The position numbers and the translations under genes are program-made. Below, one piece after another: positions 11,187 to 20,340 of a DNA stretch of 64,000 bases (position 1 is the first letter of the stretch; every line of letters starts with the position of its first letter). The notes under the pieces were generated by a model that saw nothing but the letters and a program-made list of their open reading frames with translations, had not been told where the DNA came from and did no database searches. Source of the stretch: an uncultured Gemmatimonadaceae bacterium. Lineage in GTDB: Bacteria > Gemmatimonadota > Gemmatimonadetes > Gemmatimonadales > Gemmatimonadaceae. The stretch covers positions 32,001-96,000 of the forward strand of contig CAVVTZ010000002.1 in NCBI GenBank assembly GCA_963751275.1, read 5' to 3'.

Positions 11187-12166
11187 GAGCGCGCACCGCC
11201 CTGCGGCTCGCCCTTGCCCTTCCGCTCGGCGCCACCGCCGCGCGCGCGCAGTGGGCCACGGTGTACGAACAGGCCTATCTCCCCGGCGCATTCAACTGGC
11301 AGTTCCACGCCAATTTCCCGGCGGCCGAGCGTCTCTTCTACGCGTTCGACTATGGGCACGCCGCGCTCTACGAGACCCTCCTCACGCGCCCGGACGCCGG
11401 GCCACAAGCGCTCGACTCCGCGATGTTCGATTTCATCACGGATACCCTGCTTCGCCATCCGCCGCGCCTGCCGCTCGCCGAGCGCGCGATCGATCCGGAG
11501 TACGCGAAGCTGGCGCCCGAGGCGCAGGCGATGTTCGACTGGGCGCACCAGCTCCACCGTCAGATCTACGATGTGTGGAGCGATGACCGTATTCCGGCGG
11601 CGGACAAGGACGCGCGCGTCGCCGAGCTGCTGCGGTATTACCGATCGCGCCGCGACCTCGCGTTCAGCTCGCGTCCGAAGAGCATGACGCTCATGGAAGG
11701 CCAGCCGTACTCCCTCACCTTCCGGCAGCGGAATCCGAGATTCAACGGCCTGATCTGGGCGTACCACTGGCTGCAGGTGGGACTATACGACGCGCTGCTC
11801 GCCGGCGGCACCCGCGCCGAGCGCGAAGCGAACGTGGCCGCCGCGACGGCACACTTCTGGTCGATGCTCGCGTCCCCGCCCGCGCACCTGCCGGAGATGA
11901 TGCCGATGACGCCGGCCGTCGCCCCCCGATTCACCGCGCGCTATCCGGAGGCCGCCATCATCTTCGATAATCTCCATGCGATGCACGACGTGGTGTCGGA
12001 CATCCTCGCCGACTCTCGAATCCTGCGCTCAGCGAAGCGCGCCGCCATCCTCGAAGCCGCGGCGCGCTATCGAGATGATTCGTCCTTCGTGGTCACGGAT
12101 GCCGAGTGGCGCGAGATGGCGACGTCCATGGGCGCCGAGCACATGGGGGGACTCGCGGTGCCGTGA
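11183..12166 (+). CDS. Hypothetical exported His/Met-rich helical protein, putative metal binding
   Basis: ATG overlaps the upstream stop (ATGA); signal peptide; motifs FDYGH, FDWAHQLHRQIYD, AYHWLQ and FDNLHAMHD. Confidence 0.75.
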   Translation: MRARTALRLALALPLGATAARAQWATVYEQAYLPGAFNWQFHANFPAAERLFYAFDYGHAALYETLLTRPDAGPQALDSAMFDFITDTLLRHPPRLPLAERAIDPEYAKLAPEAQAMFDWAHQLHRQIYDVWSDDRIPAADKDARVAELLRYYRSRRDLAFSSRPKSMTLMEGQPYSLTFRQRNPRFNGLIWAYHWLQVGLYDALLAGGTRAEREANVAAATAHFWSMLASPPAHLPEMMPMTPAVAPRFTARYPEAAIIFDNLHAMHDVVSDILADSRILRSAKRAAILEAAARYRDDSSFVVTDAEWREMATSMGAEHMGGLAVP

Positions 12167-12185
12167 GCCGGCGGGCATAGCACAG

Positions 12186-12302
12186 AACTGCTTTGACAGG
12201 ATGACAGGATTTTCAGGATGTACATGATGACTGCCCTGCGCCTCACGCGCAGGGCAGTCATCATGTACATCCTGAAAATCCTGTCATCCTGTCAAAGCAG
12301 TT
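12186..12302. repeat. Family A palindrome with perfect arms, between convergent genes
   Basis: AACTGCTTTGACAGGATGACAGGATTTTCAGGATGTACATGATGACTGCCCTGCGC, loop, then its exact reverse complement. Confidence 0.95.
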
Positions 12303-12304
12303 TG

Positions 12305-13915
12305 TTAACCGACCCGCGCTGGGACCAACGACATCGCATACTCCGCCATCGCGGTGATGGTCAGAGAGGGATTCACCCCGGGATTCCCCGGCAGGATCGA
12401 GCCATCGATCACGTACAATCCGCCGTACCCGTGCACCTGGCAGTCGAGGCCGATCACGCCGTCCTCCGCGGTGGGGCCCATGGGACAGCCGCCCAGGATG
12501 TGCGCGGTCATCGGCACGCCGAAGAGCGATTCATTCACCGATCCCATCGCGATGCCGCCCGTGCGCTTCGCGAATTCCGCGGCCACGGTGTAGCCGATCG
12601 CCGGCGACGCCTGCGGCTCGCGCCCCGGCTGCGGCACCGAGATCAATCCACGCCGGAATCCGGTGAGCGGTCCGCGCCCCAGGCGCAGCCGCACATCCGC
12701 ATCCACCGCCTGCATGATCAAGAGGATCGTCGTGCGCTCCGCCCACCCCGGCAGCACGTGCGTGCGCAGGAAATCGAGCGGCCGCCGCGCGACATCGAAC
12801 AGCGAGCGCCCCAGCCGCGACAGGAATCCGCCCGACGTGATGATCGGGCCCGTGAGGAAGCGCATGCTCCCCGACCCCGCCGGATAGCGCACCGGCTCCG
12901 CGGTGGTCACCGCGTCGAGATGCACGATGGACGTGATCGCGATCCCCTGCGAGTAATCGGGCTCCGCGCTCCGGCTGATCACGCCGAGCAGTCCCTCATT
13001 GTTCGTGCGCACCTGGTCGCCGAGCCGCGGCGAGAGCGCCGTGAGCGACTTGGTGTCGTCGCGGCAGCGCAGCAGCAGCCGCAGCGTGCCGAGCGCGCCC
13101 GCCGAGACGATCACGTTCCGCGCGCGCACGCGCTCGTGCCGCCGCGGGAGGAGCGCCGTGGAGCGCCGCACATCCAATTCATAGCGCGCGCCGTCTGCGC
13201 TGCCGGTGAGCGGCGCGATGTCGCGCACCTCGCGCTCGGCGCGCACCTCCACGCCGCGGTGCTCCGCGAGCCAGAGATAATTCTTGACGAGCGTGTTCTT
13301 CGCGTTGTGCCGGCAGCCCACCATGCACGCGCCGCAATGGATGCAGCCGCTGCGCGCCGGCCCCGCGCCGCCGAAATACGGATCGGGCACTTCCACGCCC
13401 TCCGCTCCCGGCGCGCCGAAGAACGCGCCGACGTTCGTGGCCTCGAACGAATCCGCGGTGCCGAGCTGTGTCGCGATGTCGCGCAGCACTGCGTCGGCGG
13501 GCCCCAGCCGCGGATTGCGCGTGACGCCGAGCATCCGGCGCGCGGTGTCGTAGTGCGCGCGCAGCAGCGTCTTCCAGTCGGCGAAGCGGCGCCACGGCGG
13601 CGAGTCGAGCGCCGCGTCGTCGGGCTGCACGAGCACGTTCGCGTACCCGAGACTGCCGCCGCCCACGCCCGAGCCGTGCAGCACCACCACATCGCGGAAG
13701 GGCGAGATCTGCAGGATCCCGAAGCAGCGCAGCGTGGGCCACCAGAGATAGCGGCGCATGTTCCAGGTGGTCTTCGCGAAATCCTCGTCGCGGAACCGCT
13801 TCCCGCGCTCGAGCACGAGCACCGAATACCCCTTCTCGGCGAGCCGCAGCGCCGAGACGCTCCCGCCGAAGCCGGAGCCGATGATGACGTAGTCGTACGC
13901 GCCGTTGGCGGTCAT
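12305..13915 (-). CDS. GMC oxidoreductase, cholesterol oxidase (ChoD)-like
   Basis: YDYVIIGSGFGGSVSALRL, GSGVGGGSL, CIHCGACMVGC..NAKNTL, TAHILGGCPM and GVNPSLTITAMAE. Confidence 0.92.
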   Translation of the reverse strand: MTANGAYDYVIIGSGFGGSVSALRLAEKGYSVLVLERGKRFRDEDFAKTTWNMRRYLWWPTLRCFGILQISPFRDVVVLHGSGVGGGSLGYANVLVQPDDAALDSPPWRRFADWKTLLRAHYDTARRMLGVTRNPRLGPADAVLRDIATQLGTADSFEATNVGAFFGAPGAEGVEVPDPYFGGAGPARSGCIHCGACMVGCRHNAKNTLVKNYLWLAEHRGVEVRAEREVRDIAPLTGSADGARYELDVRRSTALLPRRHERVRARNVIVSAGALGTLRLLLRCRDDTKSLTALSPRLGDQVRTNNEGLLGVISRSAEPDYSQGIAITSIVHLDAVTTAEPVRYPAGSGSMRFLTGPIITSGGFLSRLGRSLFDVARRPLDFLRTHVLPGWAERTTILLIMQAVDADVRLRLGRGPLTGFRRGLISVPQPGREPQASPAIGYTVAAEFAKRTGGIAMGSVNESLFGVPMTAHILGGCPMGPTAEDGVIGLDCQVHGYGGLYVIDGSILPGNPGVNPSLTITAMAEYAMSLVPARVG

Positions 13916-14844
13916 GGCCGGAAGAGCGTGTCCAGCAGCGCGGCCAACCGGTAGCCGGCCACCGCGATGCGGCGCTCGCTCACCGCGGCGGCGTGTTCGA
14001 GATAACTCTCCGGCGCGGAAGCACCGCGCTGGATGCCGCAGCAATACACTTCATGCTGTGCGAGCGCGAGCGATTCGCGCCCCCAGGCGTCGAAGCTCGT
14101 GATGGTGATGAGACTCGCGACGGAATCGCGCGGCACCGCCGTCATCACGATGCCGGCAACGCGATCGATGTACGCGCCCTCGCTCTCTGCCGGCTCGCGC
14201 GGATAGCGCGCCGTGAGGATCCGGTCCCAGTACCAGTGGAGGGACATCTTCGGCTCGAGCGTGAACGTGTTGCCGCCCTTGTCACCGTCGGGCTCATCCG
14301 CCGTGACGCGGCCGCTCGCGTGCAGCGGCTGGTGGATGTCGCCCGCGAGATGCAGCACCCAGGCGAGCGCGATGGCGCGCTCGGCCGCGGGGGCCGCCGT
14401 GTCGCGCACGATCCGCGACTGGCGGTCCAGCTCCGTGAGGATATTCTCGCTGTCGGCGTGGAGCGTGGTGATCTCCACGATCGTCCCGTCGGCGCCCTCA
14501 CTCCAGAACCAATCGTGATAGTGCCACGTGGGACGGTGATATGCGTGGCGGGCCTCCGGTTCGCGGGCGCGGATGATGTCGGCCCACGTGCTCGCCCGCT
14601 CCATGAACAGTTCGTCGGCCGACGAGTCGGAGGCGGGCGGCCGAAGCTGGGCGAGTCCGGCGTCGTCCGGCGCCTGTGCGAGCAACGCGGTCACCTGCGT
14701 GCGCACGCTTGGTGACAGCTGGCTCCATGCGATGCGCGCGACCACCATGTGTCCGGTCTCATCCCACGCGCGCGCCGGACGCGGCGCCAAGAATGTGACC
14801 GTCAGCGCGAGCGCGGTGACGGCGGAAAAGCGGCGGATGTGCAT
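13912..14844 (-). CDS. S1/P1 nuclease family protein
   Basis: Signal peptide followed by WDETGH, STWAD, HLAGDIHQPLH, GDKGGN and LHWYWD. Confidence 0.93.
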   Translation of the reverse strand: MHIRRFSAVTALALTVTFLAPRPARAWDETGHMVVARIAWSQLSPSVRTQVTALLAQAPDDAGLAQLRPPASDSSADELFMERASTWADIIRAREPEARHAYHRPTWHYHDWFWSEGADGTIVEITTLHADSENILTELDRQSRIVRDTAAPAAERAIALAWVLHLAGDIHQPLHASGRVTADEPDGDKGGNTFTLEPKMSLHWYWDRILTARYPREPAESEGAYIDRVAGIVMTAVPRDSVASLITITSFDAWGRESLALAQHEVYCCGIQRGASAPESYLEHAAAVSERRIAVAGYRLAALLDTLFRP

Positions 14845-15058
14845 CCCGGATCTCATGCCGAAGGAAGGAACGGTTCGCCTGCGACTCTCCCGAAATGAAG
14901 GGAGACGCCGCGCGGCAGACAAGCTGTCTTCCCCTGTAGTCGATTCCCCGACAGCCTCACGGGGATCGTGCCGCTACGATGGAGAGCGCGGGCGCGGATA
15001 TTCCCGGTGGTCTACGCCGGGCGCTCCGCGCGCCCTTACCCGTTCGGGAGAACGCACC

Positions 15059-15613
15059 ATGAAAGTCATGCGGTCCGTCATCATCGCCGCCCTCGTCGCG
15101 CTCGGCACGCAAGCGGCGGGCGCGCAGGCGCAGTGGACTTGGGACGCCGGCGTCTTCGCCCGCTGGAACCAGTTGGACAACAGCTATCAGACGAACAGCG
15201 GCTTTGGCGGCGGCGCGCGCGTGGGGCTGTTCGTCATCCCGCGTCTGGAGCTCGAGATCGATGCCTCCTACACGTGGAACGCCGGCAAGAGCGGCAGCGC
15301 CCTGGGCGGACTCAACTACGCGCCGATCGCCGTGCGCGCGGAGTATTTCCTCCCGGTCGGCGACCGCTTCGCGGTCATGGCGGGGCTGGGGTACGCGCAA
15401 GAGAAGTTCAGCGCCGGGCTGAACGCCGACGATTGGGCATGGTCCGGCGTGCTCGGTGCGCGCGCGACGTTCAAGCAGAACTGGTACGCGCTGCTCAATT
15501 ACACCACGAACTATTCGCCGACGGCCGCCAATCCGAGTAATGCGGTCACGAGCACCTGGAACAACGGGATTGAGTTGGGCGTCGGTTATCTGTTCCAGAT
15601 CAAGAAGAAATAA
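15059..15613 (+). CDS. Small outer-membrane beta-barrel protein
   Basis: Signal peptide and beta-strand pattern; visibly similar to the N-terminal barrel of the downstream OmpA protein (GGGARxGxF, RAEYFxP, NNGxELGxG). Confidence 0.85.
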   Translation: MKVMRSVIIAALVALGTQAAGAQAQWTWDAGVFARWNQLDNSYQTNSGFGGGARVGLFVIPRLELEIDASYTWNAGKSGSALGGLNYAPIAVRAEYFLPVGDRFAVMAGLGYAQEKFSAGLNADDWAWSGVLGARATFKQNWYALLNYTTNYSPTAANPSNAVTSTWNNGIELGVGYLFQIKKK

Positions 15614-15626
15614 CCGGTGCTAGCGA

Positions 15627-15813
15627 CCCGAACTCCGTACTTGGTCCCCCGAACTCCGCCATTGGCGATTGACGTGTAGCAGGAGCGACCGCGTTGCTGG
15701 GATGGTGTTACCGCAACACCAAGGACGCCCTAGCCGTGGCCACACGTCTATGGCCAATGGCGGAGTTCGGGGGACCAATGACGTGTGTCGAGGTTCGCCC
15801 AACAGAGTTCGGG
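15627..15813. repeat. Family C palindromic element
   Basis: CCCGAACTCCGTACTTGGTCCCCCGAACTCCGCCATTGGC...GCCAATGGCGGAGTTCGGGGGACCAA. Confidence 0.9.
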
Positions 15814-15914
15814 CAGGTATTGCGAAGGTGGCTAGGATAGACAGAGATTCTAGCGGCAGTGATCCGGGACCTAACCGGCCTTCGACGCACCCCACTCGCA
15901 CCGGAGATCAGTCC

Positions 15915-17189
15915 ATGAGGAGCTTTCGTTCCATTGTCGCGCTGGCTGGGCTGATCGCCCTGGCGGCGCAGACCGCGACGTCGCAGAGCGCCGGCACGAT
16001 CGACCTCGGCGTGTTCGCGCGGCTGAATTCGCTCGACGCGGGCTACAACACGAGCACCGGCAGCGGCGGCGGCGCGCGGGCGGGATTCTTCATCTGGAAG
16101 AATCTCGAGCTGAACCTGGATATCTCCCAGAGCACGAACAACTCGAACGTCGACAGCCTGAGCAGCGTGACGTACCAGCCGTGGCATCTGCGCGCCGAGT
16201 ACTTCTTCCCCACAGGGGAGAGCTGGGCGCTGCTGATGGGTGCGGGGTACGGGCACGAGACCTTCCGCCAGAGCGGCACCAACGGATCGGATAACGCGAT
16301 CGGCATCATCCTCGGCATGCGCGCGACGCTCGGGCAGCGCGTGTACGCGATGATCGATTACACGGGCGATTATTCGACCAGCCCGGCCGACAAGAGCGCG
16401 GCGCACTCGAACTCCTTCAACAACGGCCTCGAGCTCGGGCTCGGCTTCTTCCTCGGAGGCAAGTCGGAGGAGAAGGCTCCGCCGCCGGCGCCCGTGCCGG
16501 TGCCGGTGACGCCGCCGCCCGCGGTCGCGGTCGCCGCGCCTGCCGCCGCCGCCGTGCCGGCCGATGACGACAAGGACGGCGTGATGAATGCCGCGGACAA
16601 GTGTCCCAACACGCCCGCCGGCGAGACCGTCGATGCGAACGGCTGCGCGCAAAGCCAGCTCGACGACGACAAGGACGGCGTCATGAACAATCTCGACAAG
16701 TGCCCGAACACGCCCGCCGGCCAGCCGGTGGATGCGAACGGCTGCTCGGCGAGCCAGCGCGACACCGACGGCGATGGCGTGATGGACGACAAGGATGTCT
16801 GCCCGAATACGCCGGCCGGCACGGCGGTCGGTCCCGAGGGCTGCCCGGTGAAGCCGCTGGTGCTCGAGGGCGTGAACTTCGAGACGAACAAGGCCGTCCT
16901 GCTCCCCGGCTCCACGGCGACGCTGGACAGGGTGGCGGAGGGACTCGCGGCGCATCCCGACGTGAAGATCGAGATCGACGGCTACACCGACAACGTGGGC
17001 GACGCGAAGTACAACGTGCAGCTCTCGCAGTCGCGCGCGGATGCGGTGAAGGCGTACCTGGTGTCGAAGGGGATCGCGGCCGACCGCCTCACGGCGAAGG
17101 GTTTCGGCGAGGCCGATCCGCTGGTGCCGAACACGAGCACCGCGAACAAGAAGGAGAACCGGCGCGTGTCGGTGAAGATCGTCCACTAG
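15915..17189 (+). CDS. OmpA family protein with thrombospondin type-3-like Ca-binding repeats
   Basis: Beta-barrel, Pro/Ala linker, three DxDxDGVxxxxDxCPNTP repeats and an OmpA C-domain (IDGYTD, NVQLSQSRADAV, NRRV). Confidence 0.95.
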   Translation: MRSFRSIVALAGLIALAAQTATSQSAGTIDLGVFARLNSLDAGYNTSTGSGGGARAGFFIWKNLELNLDISQSTNNSNVDSLSSVTYQPWHLRAEYFFPTGESWALLMGAGYGHETFRQSGTNGSDNAIGIILGMRATLGQRVYAMIDYTGDYSTSPADKSAAHSNSFNNGLELGLGFFLGGKSEEKAPPPAPVPVPVTPPPAVAVAAPAAAAVPADDDKDGVMNAADKCPNTPAGETVDANGCAQSQLDDDKDGVMNNLDKCPNTPAGQPVDANGCSASQRDTDGDGVMDDKDVCPNTPAGTAVGPEGCPVKPLVLEGVNFETNKAVLLPGSTATLDRVAEGLAAHPDVKIEIDGYTDNVGDAKYNVQLSQSRADAVKAYLVSKGIAADRLTAKGFGEADPLVPNTSTANKKENRRVSVKIVH

Positions 17190-17215
17190 CCACTCGCGCA
17201 GCAGACCGGATGCAC

Positions 17216-17255
17216 ACCGCCCCGCCGGGTCGATTCCGGCGGGGCGGTTCTTATT
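17216..17255 (+). terminator. Probable intrinsic terminator after the OmpA gene
   Basis: ACCGCCCCGCCGG-loop-CCGGCGGGGCGGT followed by TCTTATT. Confidence 0.7.
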
Positions 17256-17263
17256 CAAGGGTC

Positions 17264-17369
17264 TCATCCTGAACATCGTGCTGTTATCCCGATAATCCTG
17301 TCAAAGCAGTGAATACTACAAACTACTTTGACAGGATTCTCGGGATAACAGCAGGATGTGTCAGGATGA
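17264..17369. repeat. Family A palindrome (inside-out form)
   Basis: TCATCCTGA...ATCCTGTCAAAGCAGT, spacer, then ACTACTTTGACAGGAT...TCAGGATGA. Confidence 0.88.
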
Positions 17370-17440
17370 CAGCTTACTTATTTGAACAGCGACGGCGGTA
17401 TATTGGGAGGACCAGCGCACCCATATCGAGGAGTCGCATC

Positions 17441-19702
17441 GTGATCCATCCGCGCCTGATCGTCACCGCGTTGATCGCGTGCGCCGGAGCGATCCGCGCA
17501 CAGAACAGCGATTCGATCCTGCAATCCGCCGTGGACGCGGATCCGTGGCCGAGGCAGTCGGCGACGTCGTCAGGCGAGCTCACGATCTATCAGCCGCAGC
17601 TGGACGCGTGGACCGGCAACACGCTCACCTTCCACGCGGCGATCTCCTTCCAATCGAATCCGAAGGCCCCGGAGATGTTCGGCGTGATGACCGGCAGTGC
17701 GCGCACGGAGGTGGACAAGGACACGCGCATGGTCACACTCGAGGACATCGCGATCACGGCGGCGAAATTCCCGGCGCATCCCGACAGCGCGGCGTCCTAC
17801 CTGAGAGCGCTGCGCGCCAGCGTGCCGACCGCGGCGCGCACGATCTCGCTCGACCGGCTGCAGGCCTCGCTGCTGATCGTCACCGATCAGAAGAAGATGA
17901 AGACCGTGCCGGTGAAGAACGTGCCACCGGTGGTGTACTTCTCCACCGTGCCGGCGCGGCTGGTGCTCACCGATGGCGCGCCGCGGCTCGTCACGGTGCC
18001 GGGCACGAGTTCGCAGCGCGTGCTGAATACGAGCGTGCTCATCGCCTACACGGGCTACACGTATTATCTGCGCCTGTACGATGGATGGATGCAGGCGGTG
18101 CAAATGGCCGGACCGTGGGTGCCGGCATACGGACCGCCGCCGGTGCTCGACACCGTGCTCGCGTGGGCGAAGACGCAACGGATCGATCTGCTCACCGGCC
18201 GGAGCAATGATCCGTCCGAGCCCGTGCCGTCGCTCTGGTCGGGCACCACGCCGGTGATCTACACGAGCGCCGTGCCCGCCGAGTTGATCGTGACCGATGG
18301 CGCGCCGGACTACGTGCCGCTCGCCGGCACCGATCTCCTGTTCGTGGAGAACACCGGCGCGTACGTGTTCGAATCCATGGACGATCAGCAGGTGTACATC
18401 CTGCTCGCCGGCCGCTGGTTCACCGCCCCGGCGACGATGGGACCTTGGGCCTTCGTACCGGCCGCGCAGTTGCCGAAGGATTTCTGGAAGATCCCGCTCG
18501 ACAGTCCAGCGGAGGCGGTGCTCGTCTCGGTGCCCGGCACGCCGCAGGCGCTGGAGGCGGCGATCGAGAACAGCATTCCGCAGACCGGCGCCGTCGCGCT
18601 GAATACGCCGATGCCGGCGCCCGCGATCGATGGCGCGCCGCAGTTCGTGCCGATCCCCGGCACGAACCTGAGTTACATCGCGAACGCGCCGATCCCGATC
18701 ATCAAGTACGCGCCGGGCGCGTACTACGCCGTGTACAACGCCATCTGGTTCTTCAGTCCGACGCCGGACGGACCATGGTCGGTCGCGACCGTCGTGCCCG
18801 CGGCGATCTACACGATCCCGCCCAGCTCGCCCGTGTACTACGTGACGTACGTGCAGGTGTACGGCGCCACCCCGACCACCGTCTACGTCGGCTATACGAA
18901 CGGATACTACGGCACCGTGATGGTATCGGGCGGTGTGGTGGTCTACGGCACCGGGTACGTGTATCCCGTGCCGGTGGCGGCGTACTACTACCCGCCGCCA
19001 GTGACCTACGGCTACGGCGTCGCGGTGGTGGTCGTGCACCCGTACTATGCGCCGGCGTACTACAACGACGCGTACTACAGTCACGGCTACGTCGCCGGCA
19101 CCACGGGCGACCAGTACAGCCACTACGGCAGCACCAGCGCGATGACGCACACCTCGGCGGCGTACAATCCGTATACCGGCGAGGGCGCCTCGCAGAAGTA
19201 CGGACAGTCGTACAACGCCGCCACCGGCACCGCGGCCGCGGGACAGCGCACGACCACGGGCAACGCCTACACCGGCAATTACCAATCGACCGCCAGCGGA
19301 TCGGCGTACAATACCAAGACCGGCGCGAGCGCCACCGGCTACACGAACACCACAGGCAACGCGTACACCGGACAGCAGACGAAGACCGGGCAGGCGCAGG
19401 TCACCTCGGCGTCTGGGAAGACGACCGATGTCTCCGGCGTGCAGACGAACAACGCGAGCGCCGTGAAGGTGAACAACAACGTGTACGGCGACGTGAACGG
19501 CAACGTGTACAAGCAGAACCCGGACAACAGCTGGTCGCAGTACAATGGCACGAGCAAGAGCAGCGGCAGTTCCTCGTGGGGCAGCTACGGCGGATCGAGC
19601 GCGTCGAAGAGCGGCGCCTCCACGAGCAGCCTGAACAGCCAATCCTGGTCGCGCTCCGCCGGCCAGTCGCGTTCGAGCAGTTACAGCGGATCGCGGCGGT
19701 GA
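17441..19702 (+). CDS. Large exported hypothetical protein with Tyr-rich and Thr/Gly/Ser-rich C-terminus (paralogue 1)
   Basis: GTG start after GAGGAG; signal peptide; DPWPR...IYQPQ..W and YxLxxGRWF...GPW repeats, IYTIPPSSP.YYVT, VVYGTGY.YP. Confidence 0.8.
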   Translation: MIHPRLIVTALIACAGAIRAQNSDSILQSAVDADPWPRQSATSSGELTIYQPQLDAWTGNTLTFHAAISFQSNPKAPEMFGVMTGSARTEVDKDTRMVTLEDIAITAAKFPAHPDSAASYLRALRASVPTAARTISLDRLQASLLIVTDQKKMKTVPVKNVPPVVYFSTVPARLVLTDGAPRLVTVPGTSSQRVLNTSVLIAYTGYTYYLRLYDGWMQAVQMAGPWVPAYGPPPVLDTVLAWAKTQRIDLLTGRSNDPSEPVPSLWSGTTPVIYTSAVPAELIVTDGAPDYVPLAGTDLLFVENTGAYVFESMDDQQVYILLAGRWFTAPATMGPWAFVPAAQLPKDFWKIPLDSPAEAVLVSVPGTPQALEAAIENSIPQTGAVALNTPMPAPAIDGAPQFVPIPGTNLSYIANAPIPIIKYAPGAYYAVYNAIWFFSPTPDGPWSVATVVPAAIYTIPPSSPVYYVTYVQVYGATPTTVYVGYTNGYYGTVMVSGGVVVYGTGYVYPVPVAAYYYPPPVTYGYGVAVVVVHPYYAPAYYNDAYYSHGYVAGTTGDQYSHYGSTSAMTHTSAAYNPYTGEGASQKYGQSYNAATGTAAAGQRTTTGNAYTGNYQSTASGSAYNTKTGASATGYTNTTGNAYTGQQTKTGQAQVTSASGKTTDVSGVQTNNASAVKVNNNVYGDVNGNVYKQNPDNSWSQYNGTSKSSGSSSWGSYGGSSASKSGASTSSLNSQSWSRSAGQSRSSSYSGSRR

Positions 19703-19719
19703 GGACACCACAACGACCG

Positions 19720-20257
19720 CACCAACGGCTTTGACAGGATGAACATGATGGACATGATGACACGACCCGAACGTGTCGGTCGCCGTTCACCTCATGTCCA
19801 TCATGTTCATCCTGTCAAAGTCGTTGTCGTTGCCGTTGGCCACACGCTCAACGACTTGAACGACCACACCAACGGCTTTGACAGGATGAACAGGATGACA
19901 GGACCCGAACGTGTCGGTCGCCGTTCACCTCATGTCCATCATGTTCATCCTGTCAAAGTCGTTGTCGTTGCCGTTGGCCACACGCTCAACGACTTGAACG
20001 ACCACACCAACGGCTTTGACAGGATGAACATGATGGACATGATGACACGACCCGAACGTGCCGGTCGCCGTTCACCTCATGTCCATCATGTTCATCCTGT
20101 CAAAGTCGTTGTCGTTGCCATTGGCCGCACGCTCAACGACTTGAACGACCACACCAACGGCTTTGACAGGATGAACATGATGGACATGATGACACGACCC
20201 GAACGTGCCGGTCGCCGTTCACATCATGCCCATCATGTCCATCCTGTCAAAGTCGTT
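19720..20257. repeat. Tandem array of four family A hairpins (periods 147, 138, 147 bp)
   Basis: CTTTGACAGGATG starts at 19729, 19876, 20014 and 20161; each unit closes with CATCCTGTCAAAG; the linkers are near-identical. Confidence 0.95.
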
Positions 20258-20340
20258 CGTTGTCGTCGCGTGACGACGATATATTGAGAAGTCTTCGGCA
20301 GCACACCCCTACGCACTACGCCACATTGAGGATCCGCGTC

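Noticed and set aside
16560..16850. DNA repeat element inside the OmpA gene
   Set aside because: Explained by coding TSP3-like DxDxDG...CPNTP repeats.
19720..20257. CRISPR array
   Set aside because: Units are 138-147 bp with near-identical linkers rather than unique spacers, and there are no cas genes.
19739..20287. 182-aa His/Met-rich ORF
   Set aside because: It is the translation of the family A hairpin array; similar pseudo-peptides arise at other family A copies (52824, 61151).
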